Below, piece after piece: positions 53,614 to 64,000 of a stretch of 64,000 nucleotides of DNA. The notes under the pieces are model-generated. The model was not told where the DNA came from. It did not search any database and saw only the letters and a list, made by a program, of their open reading frames with translations. The position numbers were made by a program, and so were the translations under genes. Position 1 is the first letter of the stretch, and every line of letters starts with the position of its first letter. Source of the stretch: a virus; the IMG/VR virus record IMGVR_UViG_3300042197_003319, positions 11,238 to 75,237 of that record. One strand, 5' to 3'.

Positions 53614-54675
53614 TTAAAACTGAAGCGCGTAATCCGTGTAGGTGTAGTTATCCTGGGGAGGCCCAAAGATCACGTGGTAGGTTTTGTCAGCTGCGCTGTC
53701 ATAATCGATTATAAGTCCGGTATTAGTGGCTGGTTTCCCTGCGTAAGAAACAACAACTAATCCCCCTCCTGTGTATCCTCCCCCTCCGTAATAAGCGGCT
53801 CCGCCCCCACCGCAACCCCATCCACTTGCGTTTGGGGAATTTCCGCTACCTGCTCCTGGTCCTCCGCTAGCCGCTCCGTAAGCATTTCCGTAACAAGGAT
53901 TACAAGCCCCTCTGGTTCCGCTAGCTCCCCCACCGCTTGAAGCCCAAAGCGTTGAATAGCCGTAATATCCTGCGCTTGATAACACGGAATTGCCCATACT
54001 CAAGGTCGTTTGCAAATACGGGGAAAGGTAAGCCGAGATATTAAGACCTGTTCCACCTGATCCTGGGGATATTCCTGGGCAAAAGACGGCTGGCAAAGAA
54101 CCGGAACTTCCGGCCGATGAATACCCGCCGCCACCACCGCCCAAAGCCCAAAACATAAGACACGCACCGCCGCACGAACAGTATCTAGTTCCGGCAACGC
54201 CACTGCCACCGCAATTCCCTTGCCCGCCTTGAGAACAGTTCGCAGCAGAAACACAGTTTGTCCCGGCTGCTCCTCCCCCGCCTGAGCCACCAGCTCCACC
54301 AGGAGCACTGCAATTACAGGCACCGTATCCGCCTTGGTACACAGTGGTGGTTGATGTGACAGCCCCTGATGAGTTGTAGGTTTTCCATAATGTGTGCATG
54401 CCGATAATAGACGTATTACCCCCACCGTTTGCTCTAGCCCCGACAGTAAAAGTAAATTTATTCTGCGGATTTGGCGGCCCATACCAGGTTACAAAATTTG
54501 TCGTGTAATTATTTCGTATAACAATCCCGCCTCCGCCACCTCCGCCCATGCACCCTTCGCCACCCGTTGCAATTAAAAGTAAATTAACTGAAGCAGGTGG
54601 AAATCGCCCAAAATATTGCGGCTTGTCGTAAATTGGGCTTGGTTCAGAGCCAAGGTTAAAAACCGGCCAAGCCAT
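53614..54675 (-). CDS. Gly/Cys-rich tail-associated protein
   Basis: Polyglycine GGGGG tracts, GGSGGG motifs and many Cys; start ATG 54675. Confidence 0.65.
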   Translation of the reverse strand: MAWPVFNLGSEPSPIYDKPQYFGRFPPASVNLLLIATGGEGCMGGGGGGGIVIRNNYTTNFVTWYGPPNPQNKFTFTVGARANGGGNTSIIGMHTLWKTYNSSGAVTSTTTVYQGGYGACNCSAPGGAGGSGGGGAAGTNCVSAANCSQGGQGNCGGSGVAGTRYCSCGGACLMFWALGGGGGGYSSAGSSGSLPAVFCPGISPGSGGTGLNISAYLSPYLQTTLSMGNSVLSSAGYYGYSTLWASSGGGASGTRGACNPCYGNAYGAASGGPGAGSGNSPNASGWGCGGGGAAYYGGGGYTGGGLVVVSYAGKPATNTGLIIDYDSAADKTYHVIFGPPQDNYTYTDYALQF

Positions 54676-54676
54676 A

Positions 54677-55225
54677 CTACACGGTGTTATAGTTAAAAAC
54701 TGCAGAAGCGTATAAATAATTTCCGTCAGAGACAAATGAACAGTTAATCTGTCTATTCGGTCCGATAGAGTTTGTCGTTATCGGAGCATCCGAAGGCCAA
54801 CGGATCCTGTCATCCCAGACAACTGATCTTCCACCGGTGGCGTCCTGCTTGATCATTAAGATGTAGGTACATCCATCCTTGATGCTGCCCGAGCCTTTAG
54901 GAGCTGCGACGTGGCCGGCTGGGACAGCCGGGACAAGGCTCGAAGTTGAGCCTTCCTGGTTAGTCAAAATCACCGCAAAATTTGTATACCCCGAAACAGG
55001 GGAAAGGGTGATCCTGGCCACCTGTGCCTTGGAAGGGTCCCAGAAAAAAGCCGTATAGTTGTTCCCGTTTAAAGTTGCGGCGGAAGCCCCAAGGTCAACC
55101 GTTCTGAAACCATGTGAGGCTGTGTATTCCTGGGATTGACCGAGCAGCGCGACACCTGTGCTAAAACCCGCTTTCGCCCCTGTTGTGTACTGCGGGGTCC
55201 CGGAAATGTACCCGCTGAAGTCCAC
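54677..55225 (-). CDS. tail fibre-associated beta protein
   Basis: TYILMIKQDATGGRSVVW motif typical of fibre accessory domains. Confidence 0.6.
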   Translation of the reverse strand: MDFSGYISGTPQYTTGAKAGFSTGVALLGQSQEYTASHGFRTVDLGASAATLNGNNYTAFFWDPSKAQVARITLSPVSGYTNFAVILTNQEGSTSSLVPAVPAGHVAAPKGSGSIKDGCTYILMIKQDATGGRSVVWDDRIRWPSDAPITTNSIGPNRQINCSFVSDGNYLYASAVFNYNTV

Positions 55226-55227
55226 GG

Positions 55228-58200
55228 CTAATTTAACCTTTGGGAGTAAAATGTTGTGCCTGCGAGGCCAGTGTTTAAGCTATTTACAAGGTTTGTGTAA
55301 TAATCGTGCGGATGGATCCGAAGGTTTGAGATAAGGGTTACGTCCAAAAAGTTGTTTGGCGAAGCGGCTATTGTAGAACCTGCGGTGACATAGCCCTTTA
55401 AAAAACCGTTTTGTAAATCAAGAGCTAGTAGAGTGGCCCCTGCAGTTATGTTATTATTTACCGTGCTTGTGTTATCCGATCTGTTTCCACTCTGATACAA
55501 ATACGGTTTTTTAGGTGTGAAGTTTGCGGTGATCCCGTATCTTGAGTTTGCGGTAGCTGGTAGTTCGTACACTCCGGCTTTGACATGCTCATACTCGGAA
55601 AGCCATTCGTTTAAATGGTAACTTGGCGGTTGAAAGATATACTCTGTCGCCGAATCCCCGGCTTCTAATTGAGCCTGGCAGAAATAAAAATAATTTCCGG
55701 AAACGTCAAACAAATTGTTTATTGCGCTACCGTTTGCACTTCCCACTGCTGGTAATGGCGCGAGAAGAGAATTTCCATGTCCAAAATCAGAATAAACTCC
55801 TTCTGATTGCGAATTGGCGTTAATGCCTAGGTTCAACATGTTGGTACCGTCTGCAGATGTCGGGGTTGAGGCTATGGTCGAATTCGATCCTGTTGCGGCC
55901 AAAGTAATCCCAACAGTCAGCCCTACACCGCCAGGATTATACGCAGCACGGATAAGTCCTGGACGGGTAAAACTTGCAAACGATAAAGACGGAAACGGTG
56001 TTTGAAGTGTTTTTGTAATTTTTGTCCAAGTGTTGGCGGTGGGAACGCTAAACTGAAAAGTAAACCCAAATCTAGACAGGTTTCCGCCTAGCCCAGTCAA
56101 AGCCCCTGCGGCGTCAGTTGTTCCAGCTCCTCCCGCAGGAGTCCAGGTAGGGCTTCCGGTGTTGGAAAGGCTATTGGTTGGCCCAATTATACATCCTGTG
56201 TAAGTTCCGGTTTTGTTTGTGTAGACGTAAAAGGACAAAGTCGCTTTTTGCGGGTTTTCCGTCGAATGCCACTTCAACGCCGAACATCTCTCAATTGGGA
56301 TTTTTTGATAGATGGTAAAGTGGTCTCCGGCCACCATGGAAGCTGTTGCGAGCGGAGTGACACATCTGACTCCGATAGGTCTGCCACCGCCAGGCGGAGA
56401 CGGCGGAGTTCCGTCGTCTGAGGAATGAAGATTCGGGCCAATCGTATTGGGGAAAAAACTTACGTTCGGGTCCGGGCAAATAACATAACTCGAACCCGCA
56501 GTAGTTGGTGTTACTACAACTGGTGTAGTCGCCACAGTTTTAATTGTAAAAGTAGTAGACGTGAGAACAGTGTTGACCTGGTAATAAAGCCAGGGAGTGA
56601 CCGCAGCCGGAAGGTTTGTCGATCCGGCAAAACGAACAAAGTTGTTTGCCGCCAACCCGTGGGCGGTTGCGGAAGTTATGGTCGAACTGTTAGCCGTAAA
56701 TGTCACACTGATAATTGGGGCTGATCTGGAAAGACTTACGCCGCCAATAGCTCGTGCCCCCCAAACAGCTGTCGGTGTACCAGCACTGTGGATTGTTCCT
56801 TGAAGCTGCCTCGCGTTCCCAGGATTACCGTTTGTCGCCCCGCCAAGAAAATTGTTTGTGCTGGAAATAAGCCAACCATCAGCCAGCGGTTGCGTGTGAT
56901 AGGAAATTGCGGTTCCGTTTACGTTTAAATACCCAACAGTGTCGATTTCACCGGCTCCGTTGATGAGCATGTTTTTTCCGGCTGGTGATCCTGCTGCCCC
57001 GGTAGCTCCCGTAGCTCCGGCAGGTCCTGTTGCTCCAGTGGCTCCGGCTGGTCCAGCTGGACCTGTAGCTCCAGTGGCTCCTGCGGCCCCAGCTGGGCCA
57101 GTCGCTCCGGTTGCCCCGGTTGCTCCGGTGTCTCCGCGAGGAATCGTAAAATTAAATACGGCAGCCGAGGAAGTCCCTGAGTTTGTAATTGAAACGTTGG
57201 ACCCAGCCGCTCCCGTTGTGAAAGTACCCAAGGAAACTGTGGCAGCTGCACCTGCGGGGCCGGTAGCTCCGGTAGCTCCAGCGGGACCGGTCGCTCCGGT
57301 TGCCCCAGCCGCTCCGTCAGCTCCTTTGTCCCCCCTTGGAATTGTAAAATTAAATACGGCAGCCGAGCTGGTCCCCGAATTGGTGATAGAAGCGCTAGAT
57401 CCGGCGGCCCCAGTAGAAACTGTGCCTAAAGAGACTGTTGCCGCCGAACCAGCAGGTCCTGTCGCACCAGTAGCTCCCGTAGCTCCTGCCGGCCCTGTTG
57501 CTCCGGTGGCTCCTTGCGGGATTGCAAAATCAAATACGGCAGCCGAGGGAGTCCCGCTATTTGTGACAGTTGCGCTTGAACCTGCTGCGCCAGTCGTGAC
57601 AGCCCCAACCGCAACTGTCGCGGCTGAACCCGCCGCTCCGGTTGCTCCGGCAGGTCCAGTCGCACCAGTCGCGCCGACAAGCGAGACGCCTGACGGCCAG
57701 GCTCCACTGGCTTTCGGACCGAAAAGAGTACTGGTGGCGGTGTTGATATAAAAATCACCGTTTACCCCAAGAGCGTTGGATGGGTTAGTTGTACCGTTAA
57801 GAACAGTTTTTCCGTCTGCCCCTGCGGCTCCGGTTGGACCAGTTGGCCCAGTTAGTCCGGTAGGACCTTGCGGACCTGTTGCACCAGTGGATCCGGTAGC
57901 TCCTGCTGGCCCAGTAGGACCCGTAAGACCTGTCGGACCAGTCGGGCCAATTGGTCCTTGAGGTCCGGTAGAACCTGTATCCCCTTTCGGCCCGGTTAAG
58001 CCCTGGGCTCCAGCGGGACCAGTCGACCCTGTAAGACCTGTCGGACCCTGGATACCTTGTGGTCCTTGCGCTCCAGTGGCCCCAGTTGGTCCAGTTGGTC
58101 CTGTTGGACCAGTCGGTCCGATTAAAGAGACGCCAACGGCTGGCCAAGTCCCGCTAGCTTTGGGGCCAAACAAAGTGTTTGTGGCGGTGTTGATGTAAAA

Positions 58201-59259
58201 ATCACCGTTCGCTCCATCTCCGGAAGAAGGGTTTACAGCACCATTGAGCACAGACTTTCCGTCGGCACCAATAGGACCTTGCGGCCCAGTTGGGCCGGCA
58301 GGACCAGTAGCTCCGGTTGCTCCGGTTGCTCCGGTTGCTCCAGTTGGTCCGGTGTCGCCAGTATCGCCTTTTGGCCCCTTAATCTCCCCAACTTCGACCC
58401 AAATAGTACCATTGCTTACCCACAAAAATCCTGTGCTGCTGACAATATAACCTGTTCCGGCAGCCGGTTGTGGGCTACTCGGAAGATCAGCTGACGTTGC
58501 TACCGAGTCGACAATCGTGACGCTGGTTCCGTCAGCGCCAGCCGGCCCTTGGGGACCTGTTGCCCCGGTTGCTCCGGTAGGACCGGTAGGACCGGTGGGC
58601 CCAGTGGGGCCAGCCGGACCTGTGTCACCTGTGTCCCCCTTTGGCCCGGTCGGTCCAGTAGCCCCTTGCGCTCCTGTCGGGCCGACTGGGCCTTGGGGCC
58701 CTACCGGGCCTGTGTCTCCTGTGTCTCCTTTTGGACCGGTAAGCCCTTGCGGACCTGCGGGGCCTTGGGGACCCGTAGCTCCTGTCGCTCCCGTCGGGCC
58801 TGCCGGGCCTTGAATTCCTTGTGGTCCGGTAAAGCCTGTCTCTCCAATCGGGCCTTGTGGTCCTGCTGGGCCTGTGGCGCCAGTTGCCCCGGTTGATCCG
58901 GTTGCTCCTGTGTTACCAGTGTCTCCTTTTGGTCCGGTTGGACCTGCCGGGCCTTGGATACCTTGCGGCCCAGCTACACCCTGAGGACCTTCCGGCCCAA
59001 TATCTCCCTTGATTCCCTGGATTCCTTGCGGCCCTTGAGGGCCTGTATTACCAATCGGCCCTTGAGGGCCTGTAGGACCGACCGGTCCTTGGACTCCTTG
59101 TGGGCCTTGAGGGCCTGCATTCCCAATCGGTCCTTGCGGACCAGCCGGACCACTGACCAATGCGGACGCCCACTTTTGTCCGTCCCAGGTATACACAGCA
59201 AAGCTGGTGGTATACGTTTGCCCGATTGTCGGGTTTGAGGGAAAATTTAAGGCCGGCAT
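55228..59259 (-). CDS. collagen-like tail fibre protein
   Basis: [12 protein letters not shown]...YTWDG.KW N-terminus; long Gly-X-Y runs; 2x [21 protein letters not shown] modules; 3x AATV..G..TTGAAGS..TNSGT.SAAVF modules; C-terminal KNMLING beta-sandwich. Confidence 0.9.
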   Translation of the reverse strand: MPALNFPSNPTIGQTYTTSFAVYTWDGQKWASALVSGPAGPQGPIGNAGPQGPQGVQGPVGPTGPQGPIGNTGPQGPQGIQGIKGDIGPEGPQGVAGPQGIQGPAGPTGPKGDTGNTGATGSTGATGATGPAGPQGPIGETGFTGPQGIQGPAGPTGATGATGPQGPAGPQGLTGPKGDTGDTGPVGPQGPVGPTGAQGATGPTGPKGDTGDTGPAGPTGPTGPTGPTGATGATGPQGPAGADGTSVTIVDSVATSADLPSSPQPAAGTGYIVSSTGFLWVSNGTIWVEVGEIKGPKGDTGDTGPTGATGATGATGATGPAGPTGPQGPIGADGKSVLNGAVNPSSGDGANGDFYINTATNTLFGPKASGTWPAVGVSLIGPTGPTGPTGPTGATGAQGPQGIQGPTGLTGSTGPAGAQGLTGPKGDTGSTGPQGPIGPTGPTGLTGPTGPAGATGSTGATGPQGPTGLTGPTGPTGAAGADGKTVLNGTTNPSNALGVNGDFYINTATSTLFGPKASGAWPSGVSLVGATGATGPAGATGAAGSAATVAVGAVTTGAAGSSATVTNSGTPSAAVFDFAIPQGATGATGPAGATGATGATGPAGSAATVSLGTVSTGAAGSSASITNSGTSSAAVFNFTIPRGDKGADGAAGATGATGPAGATGATGPAGAAATVSLGTFTTGAAGSNVSITNSGTSSAAVFNFTIPRGDTGATGATGATGPAGAAGATGATGPAGPAGATGATGPAGATGATGAAGSPAGKNMLINGAGEIDTVGYLNVNGTAISYHTQPLADGWLISSTNNFLGGATNGNPGNARQLQGTIHSAGTPTAVWGARAIGGVSLSRSAPIISVTFTANSSTITSATAHGLAANNFVRFAGSTNLPAAVTPWLYYQVNTVLTSTTFTIKTVATTPVVVTPTTAGSSYVICPDPNVSFFPNTIGPNLHSSDDGTPPSPPGGGRPIGVRCVTPLATASMVAGDHFTIYQKIPIERCSALKWHSTENPQKATLSFYVYTNKTGTYTGCIIGPTNSLSNTGSPTWTPAGGAGTTDAAGALTGLGGNLSRFGFTFQFSVPTANTWTKITKTLQTPFPSLSFASFTRPGLIRAAYNPGGVGLTVGITLAATGSNSTIASTPTSADGTNMLNLGINANSQSEGVYSDFGHGNSLLAPLPAVGSANGSAINNLFDVSGNYFYFCQAQLEAGDSATEYIFQPPSYHLNEWLSEYEHVKAGVYELPATANSRYGITANFTPKKPYLYQSGNRSDNTSTVNNNITAGATLLALDLQNGFLKGYVTAGSTIAASPNNFLDVTLISNLRIHPHDYYTNLVNSLNTGLAGTTFYSQRLN

Positions 59260-59261
59260 CG

Positions 59262-60902
59262 TTAGACCCTTCCAAGTGCTGAGTTAGCAGTCCTCGGGTA
59301 AACAAAACCGGAAGACTTACGCAACCAGTAAGACCGCCTTGGTGAAATAATACCGGTGTCAGGGCGTTCATTTTTATGCTTAAGGTACCTATTGTTGCCG
59401 CCACGAAGGCCGTAGGAGTTAGAGTAATCAGTGAGAAGCCCAGAGTCGGAAAGAGCCCCTGCTTGGGAAAAGGCTTTCAGATAATCGATCGCCATGGCTT
59501 GATTCATCCTAGGATATATTTCCAATAAGCAAGCCAGCACGCCCGTGACCTGAGGGCTGGCCATGCTGGTGCCGGAAAGTTTAGTCAGATAAAAATTAGA
59601 AGCCCTAGGATCAGAAACTAGAGTTCCGCTCAGGGCTGAGCTTATGATTTGTTGTCCTGGTGAGAAAATATCCACCCTGTCGCCGGTATTACTAAAACTG
59701 GCTTTCCGTTCTGAGGAGGTGGAATCAACTGCACCAACACAAATACAGGTGCTAGCCGATGTCGGAGAAGCCCCTTGTTGGTAGTAAAAAATATAGTTTA
59801 GGCCGCTAACCGTGCACACAAAATAATTGTTAAAATCCTGGTTAGTAGAAGCAACCATTGTGGCGTCGTCGTTACCCGCTGCACCAACCACAACGATACC
59901 ATCTTGGATTGCGCTGGCCACGTCTGCGTCAACCGCAGCGCTTCTTGTGCCAAACCTATAAATACCTCTTTGTCCTGTGCTTAAGGTTGTTATCGTTGGG
60001 ACACCGTAAGATTTGAGTGTGCTTTCGCTCCAACCCGAACCCTTGTTATATGTGACACCACGTCGAACAACACTTTGAATATCGGTCAAAGGAAAATCAA
60101 TGGACCAGCCAAGGCCGTAGCTGCAATTGAGGATAGTCGGTCTTTTCACTGGTTTGGCGGCGTGGAAAGCCCGGACATAATCGAAAACTTGCTCTGCTGA
60201 CACCCCGTTAAGACCGTAAGGGCTTATGTTGTAAATGGTCGCTTTCCTAGCCCACCCTTGGGTATTCCCGCAAACTGTTCCGGCAACGTGAGTGCCGTGA
60301 TTGTTATCTGCGGAATTACCACCTGAATATGAATAAGTACCGGCTGAGCCACCTGTCACTTGAGGGTTTAAAGCAAACCAGTTGTATTGAACTACCCGAC
60401 TCCCGCCTGTCCCGTCGGAATTTACCGCAAACTCAGGGTGCGATGGTGGAATAATCCCATCCACAATGACAACATCCACCCCATTACCTTCCGCTTTAAC
60501 GTTGATTGTCCCGGACACAGTTTGTGTGCCGTCAGAGCCCCATCCAGGGACATGACCATTGACGCAACGAAGTAGCCCCCAGTTTTTATGGTTGGCGTTT
60601 AAGATGTTGCTTTTGTTCCAGAAGCTTGAGGTCTGCTCAAATAACGGGGTTACTTGAACCATGGGGTTCTGGCTTATGGGTATCTCCACAGCAGCCACTC
60701 TTGGGTCTTTGCGTAGAGTGTCAGCCTCGGAATCGCTTAGGTAATAGTTCGTGTTGAGGCTTAGGGGGCGAAGGTTTGCAACTTCAACCCTCCTGGCTGG
60801 GATATACAAATCCCCTCCAGGGGATTCCATATCATCGTAAAATTTGTCTACATCCTCGGCGTTCTTGAGAGTTACTACGTACTCTTTCCGGCCATCGCTC
60901 AT
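59262..60902 (-). CDS. S8 subtilisin-like serine protease with I9-like prodomain
   Basis: Catalytic triad [15 protein letters not shown] and GTSMASP; oxyanion AAGND; KEYVVTL prodomain. Confidence 0.92.
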   Translation of the reverse strand: MSDGRKEYVVTLKNAEDVDKFYDDMESPGGDLYIPARRVEVANLRPLSLNTNYYLSDSEADTLRKDPRVAAVEIPISQNPMVQVTPLFEQTSSFWNKSNILNANHKNWGLLRCVNGHVPGWGSDGTQTVSGTINVKAEGNGVDVVIVDGIIPPSHPEFAVNSDGTGGSRVVQYNWFALNPQVTGGSAGTYSYSGGNSADNNHGTHVAGTVCGNTQGWARKATIYNISPYGLNGVSAEQVFDYVRAFHAAKPVKRPTILNCSYGLGWSIDFPLTDIQSVVRRGVTYNKGSGWSESTLKSYGVPTITTLSTGQRGIYRFGTRSAAVDADVASAIQDGIVVVGAAGNDDATMVASTNQDFNNYFVCTVSGLNYIFYYQQGASPTSASTCICVGAVDSTSSERKASFSNTGDRVDIFSPGQQIISSALSGTLVSDPRASNFYLTKLSGTSMASPQVTGVLACLLEIYPRMNQAMAIDYLKAFSQAGALSDSGLLTDYSNSYGLRGGNNRYLKHKNERPDTGIISPRRSYWLRKSSGFVYPRTANSALGRV

Positions 60903-60903
60903 C

Positions 60904-61839
60904 TTAAGCTTCCAGTTTGACGCAGGTGATGGTGACAGTGATGTTTGCGCTAGAGGCTCCAATGTTGGTGACGACGATCGGGATGGAGGCTACCGGGCTG
61001 GCTTCGTCGTTAAACCCTATCACAGCTGGGGCAAAAACAGATGTGCTCGCTCCGCTGGAATGAATTACTTCGGCAACGACCCCGGCATTGGCGTCGGGGT
61101 CCACGCTAACGGATCGGCTTGAGTCGGCCGTACGTTTCGCGCTGTTGGTGTAAACCCTTACCCAGGCGGATGCACTGGTTTGGATTTTGTAAAGCGCGTA
61201 TCCCTTGTAGGCCGGAATATCGAGACTTTCACTCCAGCCGGAGGCAAGAAGGTTTGTCGTGTTGGCGGAAAAAACGCCTCTCGATTCGATCATGCCGCCA
61301 GGAAGAGCGGCAACCCATTGGGAAGAATCGGCATCCGTGACGTAGATGTAAATTTTCCCTGTGGAGGTGTCCCACCATAAATCCCCTTGGGCAATCCCGG
61401 ATGTCGGAGGGGTGTCCTGGACAGTAATTCGGTAAACAGGGCCTTGAGGACCAGTTGGGCCTGCAGGACCGGCTGGGCCTTGGGATCCAGTTGAGCCAGT
61501 CAAGCCAGTCGGCCCTGCAGGACCTTGCGGACCTGCGGGGCCTTGAGGACCTGTGGCGCCGGCGTCAACAGCCCATGTCGAGGGGCCTGTTTTTTTCAAG
61601 TACCCTGTCGTAGAAACCGAAGCCAGGTTGGTTAGATTCTGGTCCAATACTCCGGTAACTGTTCCGGTAAACACTGCGCTTCCGGAAACTTCAATCCCGG
61701 TTGTGGAAATCTTAAGAGCAGATTGCGTTCCATCGCCATCTTCCACGGTCGCCAATGTGGAGGTGATCCCAGAAGAACTATTGATCTTAAGAAGTTCTGG
61801 AAAGGTAAGCGCTGGGCTTCTGCCTGCTAAAGTGCTCAT
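60904..61839 (-). CDS. short collagen-containing structural protein
   Basis: Gly-X-Y run, QDTPP....GDLWWDT..G.IYIY..D module, C-terminal beta domain. Confidence 0.75.
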   Translation of the reverse strand: MSTLAGRSPALTFPELLKINSSSGITSTLATVEDGDGTQSALKISTTGIEVSGSAVFTGTVTGVLDQNLTNLASVSTTGYLKKTGPSTWAVDAGATGPQGPAGPQGPAGPTGLTGSTGSQGPAGPAGPTGPQGPVYRITVQDTPPTSGIAQGDLWWDTSTGKIYIYVTDADSSQWVAALPGGMIESRGVFSANTTNLLASGWSESLDIPAYKGYALYKIQTSASAWVRVYTNSAKRTADSSRSVSVDPDANAGVVAEVIHSSGASTSVFAPAVIGFNDEASPVASIPIVVTNIGASSANITVTITCVKLEA

Positions 61840-62045
61840 CTTAAATCCTCCCAGTTAGTAGAAACGCTTTCCCAGTTGTCGGACCAGACGTTCCACTCGG
61901 AAGCGTTCTGCACGGAAAAAAAGGCTTCGTTGTTGACTTGCTGGCTAAGTTGGGCGACCTGGTAAGGGGCGACGACAGCCGAAAAGAAAGCCTCGCTGTC
62001 AGACACTGGGTCAACAAAATTGACATTGTATTTATAAGAAGCCAC
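61836..62045 (-). CDS. small structural protein
   Basis: W-rich C-terminus (WNVWSDNWESVSTNWED); ATGA coupling. Confidence 0.55.
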   Translation of the reverse strand: MASYKYNVNFVDPVSDSEAFFSAVVAPYQVAQLSQQVNNEAFFSVQNASEWNVWSDNWESVSTNWEDLR

Positions 62046-62054
62046 TTTATGGCC

Positions 62055-63779
62055 TTAAACGAGGTGGGTTATTTCGCCTCCCCCAAACCCAACCGGCTGG
62101 ATTTGAAGGGTCATCCGTCCGTGCCTTGTTTCGGCAATTTCTCTTTTCAAAACATCAATGGCTTGCTGCTCGTAGTTCTTTGCAAGCTCGGGGTCTGCGG
62201 CAAAAGACGCCATAGCCATGGCCCGGATGGCGGGATAATTCCGGATGTCCATTTTGTCGGAGTCTGCGGTTTTGATCAGCCAGCGTTTTTTAGCAAGTAT
62301 ATTCAGGGTTTTAACCTGCTCGGGCAGGCCGCCCTGCCCAATAATTGTGGTGTCGGAGGCGTAGCTGTTCCTTACAAAATATTTTTTAACAAGGACTCCG
62401 TTTTTGTATTCCTCCCCACGATCAACAAGCATGTCGTAACCAAAATCACCGCTTTGATAGGCAGGACCGTTAGGGTGATAATCGTGCATCCGGTCGAAAA
62501 TAGCCTGAGGAATGTCCCCCATCGTGGCGGCAAGAATGGTTCCGACAGACGGAGGAAGAAGAATCTCCCCGTTTAGGGTCATGGAGATTTTGTAATTCTC
62601 GATGGTTCCGTACCATTTTCCTAGGCTGAAAAGCTTTTCTTCGGCATTGTTTACCAGGTTAGACAATTCTGCACTCGAGAGCTTAAGGCCGTTGGGAAGA
62701 TCGAGGGCCAATCTGGCTTTCATATAGCCAAACGTATAAGGAGCGGAAGATGTCCTGGCTGCCTCATACACGCTGTGCCGTTTGGTCTCCAAAGAGGTGA
62801 CAAGGTTTTCCTCAAGATTTTTGAAGGCTTCTTCCCGATAAGCCTTTTGAGCCTCAATCCCCTTTTCGTTTGCTGGATCGATCAAGAGGGAAAAAACCAT
62901 GCTCCGAATCACGTCGTAGTCCTTGATCGGCAGCTCTGTTGAGTCGATCGAAACATACGAATATACAGGAATCGTCAGACCGTCCTTGACCCCGTATCGA
63001 CCGGCGGAAAGCAACAACGCCTGCCGATTAACAAGGATATCCTGGGCCTTGTTGATAAGGTCGATAAGTTTTAGATCATCCATCCGAAGACCGTCGGAGA
63101 CATCCAGGGCAAGTCGTGACCGTACGTACCCGAGTGTACCGTAGGCGTAGTTGGCCCGTTTGGCCTGATAGTTGATGTGACGGGCCGCTTCAAGCGTCCT
63201 TTCGAGTTGAACTGAAAGACGCTCAATAGCCTTTTGCTCGAGTTCCCTGGCCATCTCAAGCTGGTTGTTTTCCTCGCGATGAATGGCAAGAATCATCAAT
63301 TTGAGAGCGTCGAGGTCGCCCACGATTAGAAGATCCGTGTCCAAAACTGCCGGTTGGTAATTTAACTTTCCGGTCACTTCGACAAAAGAAGTGGAAGGAC
63401 TTCCGCTCTGAATGGTGTAGGTCCTAAAATTCGTGGAAGACGGTGCAAAATTAAGTGCAAGGACGTCGCCGGAATCCACAAGAAAGGTCTGAACGTTGTT
63501 CGTCAAAAAACCGGCCGAGGCGGTGGTTGTCGTCACGCGGTTTGCACTCTCAAGCCCAAAGCCGGAGTAAGTAGATATGTCCCCAGTGGGACCTGGAAGA
63601 GTGAACTGGTTATTGCTGACTGCCACAGAATACCTAGCCATAACCCCGAGCCATGTCCGATGGCTGTGGAGCCGCCTCTGGGCTTCGTTAATTTTGGTAA
63701 CTACCCTTGAGTCTGTGGAGCAAACGCCGTTATCTATATACGGCGACAACGCATCCCTGGCTTCCAATAATGTTGGCAT
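62055..63779 (-). CDS. head-tail adaptor / tail tubular A-like protein with three internal repeats
   Basis: Repeated L...R..L....G......L...IN.A...L and ..A...E..A...L helices. Confidence 0.55.
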   Translation of the reverse strand: MPTLLEARDALSPYIDNGVCSTDSRVVTKINEAQRRLHSHRTWLGVMARYSVAVSNNQFTLPGPTGDISTYSGFGLESANRVTTTTASAGFLTNNVQTFLVDSGDVLALNFAPSSTNFRTYTIQSGSPSTSFVEVTGKLNYQPAVLDTDLLIVGDLDALKLMILAIHREENNQLEMARELEQKAIERLSVQLERTLEAARHINYQAKRANYAYGTLGYVRSRLALDVSDGLRMDDLKLIDLINKAQDILVNRQALLLSAGRYGVKDGLTIPVYSYVSIDSTELPIKDYDVIRSMVFSLLIDPANEKGIEAQKAYREEAFKNLEENLVTSLETKRHSVYEAARTSSAPYTFGYMKARLALDLPNGLKLSSAELSNLVNNAEEKLFSLGKWYGTIENYKISMTLNGEILLPPSVGTILAATMGDIPQAIFDRMHDYHPNGPAYQSGDFGYDMLVDRGEEYKNGVLVKKYFVRNSYASDTTIIGQGGLPEQVKTLNILAKKRWLIKTADSDKMDIRNYPAIRAMAMASFAADPELAKNYEQQAIDVLKREIAETRHGRMTLQIQPVGFGGGEITHLV

Positions 63780-63780
63780 A

Positions 63781-64000
63781 TCAGCCGAACTTAATGACTT
63801 TTACCTTAAAATTGTACTGACCTGTAGTGAGTGTTTTAGCGACACCCGAGGCATTGGTGCAGCGAATAGTCACAGTGTTTGGGGTGGACACCCATCCCGA
63901 AAAAACAAGGCCTGTGTCTGGGCTGATCACTGGCACGACAACGGCATCTCCCGTAGAACTTCCGGCGCAGTCGTAAATGACGTCTGTGGCAGACCCGTTG
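63781..64000 (-). CDS. C-terminus of a beta-rich virion protein (truncated at window edge)
   Basis: ...GDAVVVP...GLVFSGWVSTPNTVTIRCTN...FKVKVIKFG*, stop 1 bp before the adaptor ATG. Confidence 0.6.
   Translation of the reverse strand, partial: NGSATDVIYDCAGSSTGDAVVVPVISPDTGLVFSGWVSTPNTVTIRCTNASGVAKTLTTGQYNFKVKVIKFG

Noticed and set aside
56990-59150. Tandem DNA repeats as CRISPR or DGR
   Set aside because: Explained by Gly-X-Y collagen coding and repeated fibre modules; no reverse transcriptase and no adenine-specific TR/VR pair.

Overview
The whole window is one tailed dsDNA phage genome segment with podovirus-like organisation. It is probably temperate and un-integrated: no host genes or att junctions are seen. 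Leftward at 1-6.7 kb lie terminase large subunit, portal, a small head gene, scaffold and a truncated decoration-like gene. Rightward at 6.9-19.5 kb lie an attP-like region, tyrosine integrase, two RHH proteins, an excisionase-like HTH, RuvC-like resolvase, SF2 helicase, DUF2800/Cas4-like nuclease, putative SSB, family A DNA polymerase and primase-helicase. The 19.5-24.2 kb stretch holds an accessory structural cassette, an AT-rich origin-like tract, small basic proteins, a 2OG-Fe(II) oxygenase, a G-tract/hairpin pac-like locus and a detached terminase small subunit. A rightward early region at 24.3-34.9 kb carries many small genes, rIIA/rIIB-like genes, a histone-fold-like protein, an HhH-GPD glycosylase, DUF932, an XRE HTH and a GP88-like protein. 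A leftward virion module at 35.8-64 kb carries a triplicated adaptor, collagen fibres, an S8 subtilase, ejection proteins and a 5241-aa polyvalent protein. The major capsid and lysis genes are not in the window. The most novel signal is the giant protein, whose domains are separated by a six-times repeated [VIF]-[AS]-G-T-G-[STR]-[PL] motif, suggesting a processed, injected polyprotein. Other highlights are a genome-wide TTGAC-N8-GTCAA operator-like motif and a Verrucomicrobia-type LexA box before rIIA/B. All family assignments come from motif recognition by eye, not database searches.
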